DNA of 64,000 nucleotides. It comes from Cetorhinus maximus. Lineage: Eukaryota. A program made the position numbers and the translations under genes. Location of the stretch: contig NC_135898.1 of assembly GCF_964194155.1 (NCBI RefSeq), forward strand, positions 53,754,001 through 53,818,000, read 5' to 3'. The notes under the pieces are model-generated. The model made no database searches. It worked only from the letters and a program-made list of their open reading frames with translations, and had not been told where the DNA came from. The first letter of the stretch is position 1. Each line of letters starts with the position of its first letter. Shown piece after piece: positions 50,410 through 64,000 of the stretch.

Positions 50410-52819
50410 ATAGAGTAGTCCTCAATGAAGATAAATGAAAGGTCAACAAATTTCAACATCAAAAGGATGATTTTAATTCCTGCTGTGCTTAAAAACCAGT
50501 CATAATTTGAAAGCAGCCGCTGAACAACAGCAAGTGCAGGAACATCACATGTAAAGCTCAATAACTTGGGGTCTAGGCCCTTATAATGGCATGTGGAGGG
50601 ATCAATAAGACAATCAAAATATCATGGATGAAATATATGAAGCTCATAACTCACATATGCTCAACATTCTGCAATTTTTATTTGATTTGTGCCAGGATTA
50701 TTCATGGGACTGGGCAGAGGTATGCAGGAAGTTCCAGGCCATTGTAGAGTTGTGTTTATTGTGAACCAGAAAAGAGACTGCTGAGCAAATTGTAAATATT
50801 TGCTGAGGTATGGTTCCAGGGTAGTAGACATTTTGACCTCACCCAAGTACTGATCATTTAGAAGCATAGATCTTGAAACTGAGCTACTAACAACAAAGCT
50901 TATGATGGTGCAGTCCAACAACTTAATTCACATTTCTTCAGCAAGCTTAATGTGCAGCCATTTCTTCTTCAATTTAATTGATTTATTTGTAATAGATTTT
51001 CTTAAAAAGGCTCAATCAACTTCAACTTCAAGCATATATTGATCACTAGGAGAAATACAATATGTTACGGAAGACTTGGTGACTCCTCAAACAAGTGTGG
51101 GTGGCTGCAGCACCAAGGTCCAATGATTCATTATTACAGATGCTGACTCCCAGTGTTTGCAAAACTTGGGTATACTGCAGCCTTGTCTGAGTTCAGTGTC
51201 TTCTTTGTCAGCTGCAGTTCATTGAACTACAGATCAAAGGAGTACAACACTTTGAAAGAGAAAAACAAAGAAAAAGCATTACTGAGAACTGTCTAATAGA
51301 GAAATTAAAACTGCAAAAACTTAGGCAAACCTCTTCCCCTTGTGCTAACTTTGATTGAAAAACTGAGGCTATTTCGAGTTTGTAATCTTTTCCTCCTTAT
51401 TAGTACAGATACCAGAAAGCCAATTACTTTTGCTGCAAAAGCTTGTTTTCAATTTTACATATAATATAATGGGATCATTAAACAGTTGGAGCATTGTATA
51501 GCTGCAAAACAATGTGAAGAGAGTACCTGCAAATTGCAGCAAGAAAAGACTAATTTATATTTTTAATTTTTAAAACATCATCTGCAAGAAGTTTACATGC
51601 TCTTAAGATACAATTCCATACAGAGAACATAGTACATGTTTCACAGCGCTGTATTTTTTTTAAAAAATCAATTACAAGCAAATCAGTTTAATTGAAGAAG
51701 AAATGGGTGCACATTAAGGTTCCTGAAGAAATGTGAATTGATTTGTTGGACTGGTGAGTACTCTCATATTTGCAAGTAAATACACTGGTGATCATGGATG
51801 GTTATACATTATGCAGTACTATACATTAGGGTGATTGATGCATGATCGGTGATCAAGCCAGGGTTGTCTCACCCTATCAGCCTCTTTATGCTCTTGCAGC
51901 CTGGGGATGGGGGTGGTAGTGGTGGGTGGGGAGAGAAAAAAACATGAAAAAAACAAAGAAAAACAAACTCTCAAAAAGATCAATGTTTTAATCACCTTGA
52001 CAGTCCCAGCAGAGTGTGTAATGTCTAATGTCCAGTATATTGGCAACAACATTTTAAAAGATATTCTATGAATGGTACCATCTGTCTGCCTCGGTGTCAT
52101 TAGAGTGAGAATGCAACTGTATTCTACTCCGGTATAATAGGGATGATGTCCCACCTCAGAGTGCAACATGATATATGTCGATAACTCCAATACCATTGCA
52201 CTGTCTGACTGTCTGTAATGACCATATTGAAATGGCTGTAATATTTATTGATTATATTGAAGCACCTCGTGATCCATGTGTAAAAGTTGAATCTGATCGC
52301 ATTTTTTGTGATGGCGATTTAGAATTGTTTTGTAATGTTCTTTCAGATGTTTTATGAATAAAGTATATTTTTCCAAAAAAAACTAGATGTTGTCCCTTCC
52401 CCATTCTCGGCAGTCTCACATTTATCTACATTATTGAGATTGAACTTCAGCTTCATATATGCCTGAATTTTAAGATGGTGACAAAATTGCAGGGGAAATA
52501 AATTACCCTGATACTTTACCACAAATAATCTTCCTTCAGCATATCCTTAAGTGACTGTCTGAATCAACTGATGTTCTGCAGCATGCAAAGTATTTTTTCT
52601 TAAATTGACCTACAGGAGTAAAATCCTTTGCAGTAATACAGCAATTTCTAGACTTGTTATCACAATTAAACAAAGACAACCTAATCTAGGTAACTGCAAC
52701 ATACAATCCTTGATTGTCTACAAATGTGTGAATGGTTTGGCCAGAGTTTTCCATTGGTTGATTTTAACATTTAAACACAGTAAATACAGTCCTTTTGTTT
52801 GTTTTACAATTCAATGTAG

Positions 52820-52909
52820 GTGATTCAGGAGATCAGCAACATTCAAGGTGATGGCTTTACTGATGGAAATCTTGTAGCCGTAGACCATTCCCGCATTCAT
52901 GGCCAAAGG
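52820..52909 (+). CDS. AFAP1L2: AFAP1L2 internal coding exon (90 nt)
   Basis: Acceptor aatgtag|, donor |gtgagt. Reads VIQEISNIQGDGFTDGNLVAVDHSRIHGQR, continuing the PH helix (WLK|VIQEIS). Phase 0-0. Confidence 0.9.
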
Positions 52910-53493
52910 GTGAGTCACTGCTTAGTGAGAAGTACGTGCAGTTGACATTCTCATTTATTGTGCACTGTTCTTATTAGAGCCTCTGTTTATATTAGTAACC
53001 AGACCTCAAAGAGAAGCTGACACTCTCTCAAATCTTTATTTCACCACAAAGTGCTGTTTCCCCTAAGAAGTGGCAGCAAAGTGTGAAGCAGTAACACAGA
53101 ATGATCATGGCAAATTGGTCTCTGTGAACATGCAATACAATAATGCCATGATGTTATCAGCTTCTCTGATAATAGCTCTGAGAATGGCTTTGGGCTCCAC
53201 TGCTTGCTGTGTTAGGAACTCCAAAATTTTCCTGTGTATCATCATGTGGGTGTAATGTACCCACATGAACAGAATTGCATAGATCTGATTTAGCAGGCTC
53301 AGGAGTGAGAGGCTGACTACTACCTAACCTTCAGTCCTAATTGTCAGATCCCACTTTTACCTCTGACTCTTCTTGTACCATGAGGGGTACCAAAAGAAGG
53401 TGTGTCAAACATAAAAAGATTCCAAAGAAGTGTGAAGAGGGGCAGGTAATATACTTTGTTTTTCTTGTACTGCAAAGGGGTTGTGGGATTCAT

Positions 53494-53846
53494 GGGAAGA
53501 CTGTGGCATAGTGGTATTGTTACTGGCTAGTATTCCAGAGACCCAGGGAAATGCTCTGGGGACCTGGGTTTGAATCCCAACACGGCAGATGGTGAAATTT
53601 GAATTCAATAAAAATCTGGAATTAAAAGTCTGAAACCATTACCGATTGTCATAAAAGCCCATCTTGTTCACTAATGCCCTTGAGGGAAGGAAATCTGTTG
53701 TCCTTACCTGGTCTGGCCTACATGTGACTCTAGACCACAAGCAATGTGGTTGACTCTTAAATGTCCTCTGAACAAGGGCAATTAGGAATGGACAATAAAT
53801 GCTGGCCCAGCCATGCATGACCATCCCATGAATGAATAATAAAAAA
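53494..53846 (+). mobile_element. tRNA-derived SINE (core resembles the MetaSINE domain as I recall it)
   Basis: A box tggcatagtgg, B box ggtttgaatccc, core gttcactaatgcccttgagggaaggaaatctg...tggtctggcctacatgtgactc. The 3' tail is shared with the LINE at 7037-8213. Confidence 0.82.
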
Positions 53847-54518
53847 GGTAGGTGCAATCATTTCCACAGCCACCTCTCTTCACAAAACACCACGCTCTTG
53901 GCCTCTATCTCTGAATGGATTTGCTCTATATCTCCATCATGTGGATCAAATCTGGTTCAGTTCCCTGAACTTAGTCACTTATTTCTTCACTCCATAAGTC
54001 TCTTTAAGTAGCTCCCTTCATCTCCTCCTAGTATGTTCATCCCTATCCCTTCACTCCCCCAATCTTTCCTCCCCATTTACAGTCCATTTGGAGTCCAAAC
54101 TCTTCCATCCTCCCCAGTCATGTGGATTTAAGGCATTGCAAACAGTTTTTAGATAGGCTCTATAGGTTTGCCGATTTAAACTGGCTGACCCACAAGTTAC
54201 ATTGGGGTTATGCCACCACCTGAAGGCAGGCAGATGTCTCACTGTACCTCAGCTCTGAAGATGCCTTGTGAGTTTTGTGTACAGTTGGTCCATCTAGTTG
54301 ACCCAGCAATTGTCAACTTTTTTCCAGTAAGATACCTCCATATTATTAAATGTATTGGCATGGAATTTTAAATAAGAATAACAGTGAGGCTATCAGTGTT
54401 CATTCACTATTATTAATCAGGAAATCTGGCAGCAACTTGTGGAGCATACAGAAGTTTGGATATATAGAAGTGCTGTCAGAGACACCCTTCTGCTCAAGAG
54501 GGTGCATATTGAGTCTTA

Positions 54519-55320
54519 GGGCGGAATTGTCCCAGATTTGCACTAAGTGCTGTAGCGGGCATGACAAAGAATGTATTCCCATCGGCTGCAGTGGTGGATT
54601 TTCACGCCTTATCATCCCAATCCCACTTTATTAATCATGCATTTCCGGGAAGCATGCCGTTTTGATGGCGGGCGGGCTCTCATTTGCCCGCATGCTGTCA
54701 CCTCACCGTTTCCTCATGCCGGGTGCCATATTTGAAGTGCAGCTATGCATGCGCCTCTGTGTTTCCAGTCCAGGACTCTGGCACAGAAGACATGGCCCCA
54801 AAAGGCAAGAAGGCTGCAGCCACCAGACTCAGTGCTGCGTCACTGAAGCGCCTTTTGGATGCCGTGGAGGCCCACCATGATGTCTTCTATCCCGGTCTGG
54901 CCGCAGGAGGTCCAGCAATCTCACCACTGCAGCTTGGTAGGTGATGGCAGTGGTGATCAGTGCCAGTGCTGCACAGAAGAGGTTGGCCATCCAGTTCAGA
55001 CAGAGGATGAATGATCTCATCTGTGCCGCCAGGGTAAGGCAACCATCTCATCATTCTAAACTCACCCACTCACAAGGCCATCACACATTCACTGGCATCT
55101 CACTCACTGCCAACTCAAGGGACATCACCACTCACTCTCTCACACACACCCTCATATCTCCATCTGGCCTCATCTCCTCTAGCGACTGCCTCCTCAGCCC
55201 TCACCATCTTGAGGCCACTTGAACAGACCAACATGTGCCCCCACACACACACCCTGGGTTAGCCCACTTCCCCAGTACAGTCGTTGCCCTGCAGCCTCTT
55301 CCCTTGCCTGAAGGCACTTC
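54519..55320 (+). mobile_element. Harbinger terminal segment with Myb/SANT exon 1
   Basis: TIR gggcggaattgt. Reads MAPKGKKAAATRLSAASLKRLLDAVEAHHDVFYP...VISASAAQKRLAIQFRQRMNDLICAAR, followed by donor |gtaagg at 55034. Truncated on the right. Confidence 0.82.
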
Positions 55321-55575
55321 TATCAATCTTTGGGTGGCATTGCCAACTACCATGAAGACAACCACCACCTAGGCTACCACATCATTCCAACTCCAGACAA
55401 TGTTGTACTCCAAGGGAAAAAAAAAATCTTTAAATGACTAAAAATTGCCAGTGTGAGGCACTGTTCATTCAATTATCTTTGAAGTTAAGTTTTAATCAGT
55501 GCTATGATATTTAAACATGCGGCAATGGTGTGCGTGGGCATAACATTGGTCTTGTGGTCTTCTGTTCTATTTTAG

Positions 55576-55666
55576 CTGGATTCATCAGAACGCTATTCAG
55601 GTGCGTCAGAGAGTGGAAACAGTACTGATGGTGGATCTGTGCATGATATCACGGAGACCAAGGATG
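55576..55666 (+). CDS. AFAP1L2: AFAP1L2 internal coding exon (91 nt; Ser-rich linker)
   Basis: Acceptor ttctattttag|, donor |gtaagg. Reads LDSSERYSGASESGNSTDGGSVHDITETKD plus 1 nt. Confidence 0.88.
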
Positions 55667-57774
55667 GTAAGGCAAGCCTTTTCTATCAATAAATGTAATG
55701 GGTTATATTTTTGTCTTTACTATTTTGTTGTAAAATATTGGCTAGGTGGAGCACAGAGAAAATCTTGACAGAATGTATTCCATCCTACTTTCTTTAATGG
55801 AAGGAAAACTGAGTGTGCTCTGTTATAGATGTATAGTTTTCCTTTCTGCTCACTGATTTCCTGGCACAAAGTACAACTCTACCTGCTATGGTTTGTTAAT
55901 TAACTGTTCAGTTATAGCCCAGTGATTGGATGTATAGTTACAAATGAATAAGACATGATAAGAAGGATGGGATTGGCCTTGTCCTTTTGCAACCCAGCTT
56001 CTCCTGATGGTCATGTGATGAACATCTGCCAGAACAAGGAAAGGCCATTTGGCCCATCAACCCTTTTCCTTCTGCAGACCATGTGCACTCTGCTCTGTTG
56101 TGAACTTTATCCTACTAAGTTTGTTGAAGAAAGTATAGCGTAATTTCTTTCCCACCCAAAATTAACTTCAAGGACCATCAAAATATATAACTTTACAGGT
56201 TCCAATACTGAGCCCTGGTGGGCTGTTTCCATTGATAATACATCTAGAATTCAGCAGGATTGGAGCCAAAGTGTTCTTGGGGTATTTAATCACCTCTACT
56301 TTTACTTTCCCTAAACTTTAATCCAATTCTGTGGCAAAGATTTATCCATTTTGCATCTCTTAATCAAGTCATTAATTGCCTGGGTTGGAAGTCTGTACCA
56401 TATATATTCACTACTACATCAAAAAAAAATACTGTGACCTTTTGTCTCACTTAAGCATCATTAACTTAAAACTTTGGACCATTGTTATGTGCTTACAGTC
56501 CAAGTTAAATAGCCTCCTTCATGCCATTGAGTATTTTAATACTGGATCATGTTTCTTCTTACACACTTTTCCCTCCAATGAAAATAATTCAGTGAGTCTT
56601 TCTCACAATTCAATCTGTAAACCCGAGAATCTATTTTCTTGTCTGAATTGTTAATTGGCATTGTTTCATTGTGTACTCGCTTTTAGATTTTTAGGATCTT
56701 TGTGATAGACATACTATCTTGGCTCAGCATCAACTCCAACAAACTTCTTATTCCTTGCAGACCACTTTGTGCTTTTTTCCTGCCCGATATGATATGGTAA
56801 ATATGGTAAATTGAGTGAGAATGGGGAACCTCACGGAGAACCTGCCACTATATTCCAATATACTGGAATATATCCCCTGTCACCACGTGACCTTTTGTCT
56901 TTGCTAGGTAGATTGAATGTACACTATCGGATGGAGAGTCACAGTAGCAGACACATTTATTTAACATTAAACAACTAATTGAACAGCATTCAGTACAAAT
57001 TGTATATCTATGGTACTTACAGCCTTTACTATTCCATTCAAGATGTCAAAACAACAAAGATGCTTTTGTCATTTGGCATAAAATTGATCCTTAATAAAAC
57101 ACCACTTACTTTTTCTCTGAGGCACAGATTACCATGAAGTTTCCACCTAACTACCCTGCCTCTGCCTCTAATGCCTTCAAATTCACTGGACTCATTGAGT
57201 TCATCGAAGCAAATTTAAGTCCACAATAGGAAGCTCTACAAAGAAACGTTGACCCTCACATATGGACTTGACCTATGTCTTCACCCCAGACACAATAATG
57301 CATCAAAACCAGTAGCCAGGATATCAATCACCTAGGATGTTTTGTGTTGAATTAGATGGCTTGATTCATTTTTCTGAAATAGACAGATTTTGAATTACCT
57401 CTAGGGCATGCCTAAGTATAGTGTGAATAATCAAACTATACATACCAAGGATTTCCATATAGAATGTATATTACAGACAGGCTATTATTTGTAGCTCAGT
57501 ACAAGTCTCTGCCTTGTTTATGATGAGGCGAATATTGGACCCACAAACAGGCCCTGGTGTGGGTACTCTGGTTAATTTGCCAGATACAGCTTTTTCTTTA
57601 TGCTATGCCAATCATCAGTCTAGTTTCACCCTGATCTAGAATATCAATATTCAATCAACATTTAATTCCCTACATTTCTTGTAACATGTTTTGCTAATCT
57701 CTAGATGTGTTATAGATTCACAAACTAAAATAATTGAATATGGAATTCATGAATGGAGGTGGATGAAAGAGTTC

Positions 57775-58090
57775 ATAGAATCACAGAATAATACAGCATA
57801 GAAGGAGGCCATTCAGCCCATTGCGTTTGTGCCAGTTCTTTGAAGCTGATATCTAATTAGCCCCACAGCTTTGCCATTTCCCCATCGCCCTGCAAAATGT
57901 TCCTTTTCAAGTATCTATCCAATTCCCATTTGAAAGTTATTATTGAATCTGCTTCCACAACCCTTCCGGGCAAAGCATTTCAGATCATGCCAAATTGCTG
58001 CAAAAATAGCTTTTTCCTCATCACCTGCATTCCAATTATTTAATTTGTAACCTCTGGCCTCTGACAATCCTGCCAGTAGAAAGAGTTTGC
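57775..58090 (-). repeat. CR1 3' fragment
   Basis: catagaatcacagaa...ggccattcagccc is the reverse complement of the CR1 tail. Confidence 0.75.
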
Positions 58091-59289
58091 TTACTGCGTC
58101 TGACAGTTCCTGGTGATAAATGTTGATATTTTTGTATAGTGAGGAAAAATATCCTCTTGACTCATTACTTATATGTAGGTGCATATAGCTCCGTGTGAGA
58201 CATCAAAAAGTCAAGATTAATGAGGACGGTGTTTACCCAAATATCATTGTCAGGTGGTACAGACCCTTTAGAGAACAAGATCTTTGATTTTGTTCTCTGT
58301 TGCTGAAGTTGGTGGGTGGTGTGTGGTTTATAGCAGATCTGGTATTATTTTTATTGAGATAGTGGTGCCTTGTGTCGTTTTTCTTACATATGTTAAGTTT
58401 CATCCCACAGTATGTAAATACAAAATCTGGTTTAAACACTTTGAAATTTTGCTATTTTCAAAACAATAGCATTACTTCAGAGTTACAGGGAACTATGAAA
58501 CTGAGAAAAGCATCAAAGGAACTCCCGTGCCCACTGATTCAGACAGACAGCAGCTCCTTTTAATCTGTGTTTTAACATTGTTTACAAATTCTGAAGTAAA
58601 ACAGACTCAAGTAGCGTTATGTTCCTTCTGTCGGGTCGCTTTGCTTGCAAGCACGGTTGCACGCCTATCTACCGGTGGGTGAGTTGGCAAACAATATACT
58701 GCAGACGCAGAGACCAATATAAGAAGAAGCACATGCTGCTTATTTACATGAGTCACAGATCATGAACACAATGTGTGCTTCTCCAACCAGACCCTATTCT
58801 AAACTACTGGTTAACATTGTTGCCTGCGCTACGCAGCAATTGGGTAATACAGTCACGTTGTCAATCTGCTCACATTCTCTTAAAGGTGTATTGCACCTCA
58901 GATTACCACATCCAGAATCACAGTACTGTATTGCTAGTTAATTTTTGTTTAAATATAAATCCATTTTTCTGCTTTGAGCTTCATTAAATGTTTAGATTTT
59001 TTTAGGACTTTAGGTATGCTGTTCCAACACAGTTACAACATTGACATCTACCCAACTTTGTGGAAAATTACCAATGTCTCTGCTATCCAAAAAAAGCTGG
59101 ACAAATCCAGCCTAGACAATGTCGACCCTAAAAGCCAATTCTCAATCATCAGCAAAGTGATGGAATGAGTCATCGACAGTGGTATTAAGTGGTGCTTACT
59201 CACCAATAAACTGCTCACTGAAGCAGATTTTAGTTTTATTAAGACTCCTCGGCTTTGCCGAGAAGTAGACATAAGAGCTGAAAGTAAGA

Positions 59290-59607
59290 GCATAAGAATT
59301 AGGAGCTGGGGAAGACCATACAGCCCATCGAGCCTGTTCTGCCATTCATGGCTGATCTTGGGCTTCAACTCCACTTTCCTGCCCACTCCCTTGATTCTTT
59401 GAGAGACCAAAAATCTGCCTATCTCAGCCTTAAATATATTCTGTGATGGCACATCCACAAATCTCTGGGGTAGAGAATTCCAAAGATTCACAACCCTTTG
59501 AGTGAAGGAATTTCTCCTGATCTCAGTCCTAAATGATCAAATGATCAGCCTCTTATCCTGAAACAAACTGTGTCCCCTTGGTCTAGATTCCCTGGCCCGG
59601 GGAAACA
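59290..59607 (-). repeat. CR1 3' fragment
   Basis: Minus-strand NLWNSLPQRFVD...FKAEIGRFL matches the CR1 ORF2 C-terminus. Confidence 0.8.
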
Positions 59608-59609
59608 AT

Positions 59610-60770
59610 GGCCTGGATTTTCATGGAGTTGGAACAACTCTGGAGCCACTTAAAAATGTTGAGTGGAACCCAAATCTGGGATTTCTACCCCCTTTCCCTA
59701 ACCACCCCCCCCGCCCTCAATTTTTGCTTGCTTGGGATAAGGGTGTGGGTAAACAGCCAACTCCATTATGGGGTATACACTTCCTAGTCTCTGCAATTTT
59801 TGTGGAGTCCGGCCAACATTTGGATAGCTCGTGCTTTACAGCCTCTCGGAAGAATCGTGAACCTCAGTCATTTGGGTACCTTTAGAAAGGTAAATTCAAA
59901 AGATCTTACCCATGCTTTCCAATCTCCCTTCCATGCTCCCCTTGCCCCCTCCATTCCAACTTAGTGCCAATTCGTGTCCCCACCCACCCACATGGCCCTC
60001 ATACCATCCCTGTCAACTGATGCCAACTCATGCCTCTTGCATGCCCGTTCGCCCAGTATGCACAATGTACAGAACCAATTAGTCATATAGTAACAATGGC
60101 ATGTGTGTAACTGCTCAGAAAGAAACGATAGTTCACAAATTTTCTTCTGAAAAAAAACTGCTGTTCCTACAACCCTATAAAAGTGTCAGTCAGACAGCCA
60201 AGCATGCATTATGAGGACAGGTGTAAGAACTCTTTCAGTAGAACACCAAGCATACATAATAAGGCTAGGCTGAAAGCCCAGACTCACAAAAGGATTATCT
60301 CAGCAGGGTGTTCTGTTTTGATACCTGGAGAGAACCGTTGACTTTGCTGGATTGCCATCTTAAGTGGTTATAATAAGTGGTTCTTTCTGTGATCTCTTTT
60401 GTCAATGCTTTGATGTTTATTTACACAAAATTAAGAAGTGTTTGAAGCCTCTGTTATTGATACTTTAATGGTCTGATTGATACTGGGTGAATGGGCATGG
60501 AAGGGCCATAAGTTGGCATGGGGTTCATAATGGGGGTGGGGGTAAGTAGGGGGAATGAGGTGGTATGGGGAGTGGGTGGGGTGAGTGGTAAGGGCTAGAA
60601 GGCCTTTGATATAACTAAGACAAAAAAACGGGGCATGCCTTCTAACCAGATCGCCTCTGCAGTTGGCTGCCTTCACTCTGTTTCCAGGATCGGTGGGCCC
60701 AACTCCATCCTGCAACCGTGCCCTTCCTGAAGTAAAGATCATGACATTCAGGGGCCTTTCTACCGAGGGA
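59610..60770. mobile_element. Decayed foldback element related to 27017-28550
   Basis: Starts ggcctggatttt. C-rich catgcc repeats (59920-60060) are mirrored by G-rich ggcatg repeats (60485-60600). Confidence 0.55.
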
Positions 60771-61701
60771 GATCTGACAAATTGGAAAATAACCCAAATC
60801 AAGCTACTCACCTCAACAGTGAAAGTCCAGCCCTGTGTCTCTCTGACCTTCCTCCGGTTCACAACAGCCAACCTCTCTCCAAATTCACAGAGACACTTTA
60901 TCTCTGCCTGATTATGTTTGTTGAAGAAATGACTGATCTATTTTCCGCTCTATTCATTGCAGTTTTATGTAAAGAAACACTTACGCTGAAAAAAAGCTGC
61001 CTTTTCCACATTTTCTATCAATTGAAAAGGCAAGCCTTTTCTATTTTGTTCTTGTCAAATTGAAACAGAAGGTCTTTTTCTTGTCTTGAACCATCAATAC
61101 CAATTCAACTTTTCTTCTGTCAAGTTACTAAAATATAAGCAACAAAATAAAAACTAACAAATGCCTATCTCATTTATGGTAGTGTGATGGTTATGGTACA
61201 GAACTAAAACCTAGAGGTCATGAGATCAAATGCCAACATGGTAAATTTAAAATTGAATTCAGTAAATCTGGTCATTTGTGGATGAGCATGTTTGCTGTGA
61301 CAATGGCTGGAGATGGTATTCTTTCTTCTTCCATGGTATTGTATTCTATGGTAACTTTCTAAAAGTATATATTATATATAGTTTTCTTTTATTTCTACTA
61401 GTGGCGCAGATCCATATTATCTTGATATTGGGGCACATAATAAAATTCATTGCTGCTGGTAGTTTCCAGAATTTCCTGTTCTTATTTCAGATTCCCAGCT
61501 TTGTTGGTCATGCTTGTTTTTCTGGACATTTGGGTGACAGTCATTAATGGAACATTCATTAACATCTATTCATCTGGTTCAAAAAGCCAAATATGTGCGA
61601 CAGTTTGGGAAATACAGGGATACAGTTGAAAGGGAAATGATAACAGGATCTTGGGGCATGTGCATGATTAAATTAGCCTTGGTATTTTCTTTTCTGCCCA
61701 G

Positions 61702-61833
61702 TGAAAAAGAAATCCAGCATTGGGGACCTTAAAACTGCAGGCCTGAAGCTGAGTAGTTTTATGAATCTTGGGAAAAAGAAACCTATATCTGTGGAGATTC
61801 CTATTAACAATAAGAAGAATGTTGAAGCATCAG
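61702..61833 (+). CDS. AFAP1L2: AFAP1L2 internal coding exon (132 nt; basic linker before PH2)
   Basis: Acceptor ttttctgcccag|, donor |gtaagt. G|TG continues the frame: VKKKSSIGDLKTAGLKLSSFMNLGKKKPISVEIPINNKKNVEAS, resembling the GLKLSNLMNLGRKK motif I recall from AFAP1L2. Confidence 0.88.
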
Positions 61834-62702
61834 GTAAGTTCACTGTGGGTTTTCCCAGTGTTAAGTAGGTGTTCTGTAGAATGTAGAGTTACTGCCACCA
61901 TGTGGCACTTTACATTAATTAAATATAAGAAGAAACTCAGGCACAGCTTCAAGCTGCCAGTGTATTACTGATTGTAAATGGGCTCACTGTTGTTATAGAT
62001 TGAATATACAATGCATCATTGTCAAGCAGATAGCAGATTTTTCATGGTTTTTGTACCTGGGCATTAAGTTTAAGTTTATAGACTGTACTGTGAGCTGGAC
62101 TACTGCCTCAAGCTACGGTTGAGGCAAAAACAGGAAATGTGGAATTAACATCTGAAGTAGAAAGATGGATTAATGCTTCTGACCAAACCCTTCATCAAAA
62201 TCTGAAATGTCAGCCCACTTTCTCTTTTCAGATGCAGACTGACCTGCACATTTCCAGCATTTTATATTTTATTTTACATCGGTAATGTTTCTGTTCATAA
62301 CAATTTTAGGGACTGAATAGACTGAAGATGACAGTCCCAAAATTGCCTCCCAAATCAATGTTTTACGTTGTTCTTGTGGATGGGCTAAATTGTCAGCCTG
62401 GACCTCTGTATAGGAGTAAGAATATAAGAAAACACAGAACAAGAAAAAGATTTAACTCTTTCCATGCACCATGTGCTTTCTACACCATCATGGACTGTAA
62501 CAGGTTTAAACCAACAACATTCAAGAATATGTAACTTTGTACTCTCCGTTATTTAATCCCAGTGGGTTGCGTTCACAAGTGATGTTTTTATGGTCCCAGC
62601 ATGGAAGACTTGTCTGGCTAAGAAACGAATTGAAGGTCATAGGGATAAACACAGACAGAAGTAACCTCAAAGCCGGTATAATCCATTAAGTGGTTGATGA
62701 AC

Positions 62703-63978
62703 TTCACAGAATCACAAAGTGCAGAAGAGGCCCTTCGGCCCATCGAGTCTGCAACGACACATGAGAAACACCTGACCTATCTACCTAATCCCATTTACCA
62801 GCACTTGGCCCATAGCCTTGAATGTTATGACGTGCCAAGTGCTCATCCAAGTACTTTTTAAAGGATGTGAGGCAACCTGCCTCCACCACCCTCCCAAGCA
62901 GTGCAATCCAGACCGTCACCACCCTCTGGGTAAATAAGTTTTTCCTCACATCCCCCTTAAACATCCTGCCCCTCACCTTGAACTTGTGTCCCCTCGTGAC
63001 TGACCCTTCAACTAAGGGGAACAGCTGCTCCCTAACCACCCTGTCCATGCCCCTCATAATCTTGTACATCTCGATCAAGTCACCCTTCAGTCTTCTCTGC
63101 TCCAACAAAAACAACCCAAGTCTATCCAACCTCTCTTCATAATTTAAATGTTTCATCCCAGGCAACATCCTGGTGAATCTCCTCTGCACCCACTCCAGTG
63201 TATTCACATCCTTCCTATAATGTGGCGACCAGAACTGCACACAGTACTCCAGCTGTGGCCTCACCAAGGTTCTATACAACTCCAACATGACCTCCCTACT
63301 TTTGTAATCTATGCCTCGATTGATAAAGGCAAGTGTCCCATATGCCTTTTTCACCACCCCACTAACATGCCCCTCCGCCTTCAGAGATCTATGGACACAC
63401 ACGCCAAGGTCCCTTTGTTCCTCAGAACTTCCTAGTGTCATGCCGTTCATTGAATACTTCCTTGTCAAATTACTCCTTCCAAATTGTATCACCTCACACT
63501 TTTCAGGGTTAAATTCCATCTGCCACTTATCTGCCCATTTGACCATCCCGTCTATATCTTCCTGTAGCCCAAGACACTCAACCTCACTGTTAACCACCCG
63601 GCCAATCTTTGTGTCATCCGCAAACTTACTAATCCTACCCCCCACATAGTCATCTACGTCGTTTATATAAATGACGAATAATAGAGGACCCAATACAGAT
63701 CCCTGTGGTACGCCACTGGACACTGGCTTCCAGACACTAAAGCATCCTTCTGCCATCACCCTCCGTCTCCTACAACTAAGCCAATTTTGAATCCACCTTA
63801 TCAAATTACCTTGTATCCGATGTGCATTTGCCTTCTTTATAAGTCTCCCATGTGGGACCTTGTCAAAGGCTTTGCTGAAATCCGTATAAACTACATCAAC
63901 TGCACTACCCTCATCTGCACACCTGGTCACCTCCTCAAAAAATTCATTCAAATTTGTTAGGCATGACCTCCTCTGCAT
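62703..63978 (-). mobile_element. 5'-truncated CR1 LINE with an uninterrupted 397-codon RT C-terminal frame
   Basis: SCLTNL, DFSKAFDKVPH, GVPQGSVLGP, FADD and RPQLEYC motifs. Tail gattctgtga on the minus strand. Confidence 0.95.
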
Positions 63979-64000
63979 TTCTCTGTAGAACCTTCAATCC

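Noticed and set aside
53494-53590. tRNA gene (also near 4779 and 48770)
   Set aside because: The A and B boxes run directly into SINE-like bodies and I could not build a complete cloverleaf.

Overview
Repeat-rich vertebrate genomic DNA. The repeat landscape (CR1 LINEs, Deu-domain and other tRNA-derived SINEs, Penelope elements, PIF/Harbinger elements) suggests a cartilaginous fish; this is inference. The window lies inside a single + strand multi-exon gene that I recognise as AFAP1L2 (XB130). Seven internal coding exons with canonical AG/GT sites splice into one open frame: 11641-11735, 46008-46098, 47922-48127, 49467-49646, 52820-52909, 55576-55666 and 61702-61833. They encode the proline-rich motif, the Tyr-rich segment, PH domain 1 and the following linker. 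The start and stop lie outside the window. The introns hold a decayed full-length Harbinger transposon (DDE transposase plus a spliced Myb/SANT gene) with several derived MITEs, a near full-length CR1, a Gypsy pol remnant, two solo LTRs with 5-bp TSDs, Penelope elements carrying hammerhead-ribozyme motifs, and foldback elements. I found no convincing new protein-coding system. The best leads are RNA-level or structural: a sense-strand intronic hammerhead, inverted MITEs around an in-frame 477-nt exon block, and direct repeats bracketing one exon. All family names are from recall, not from database searches.
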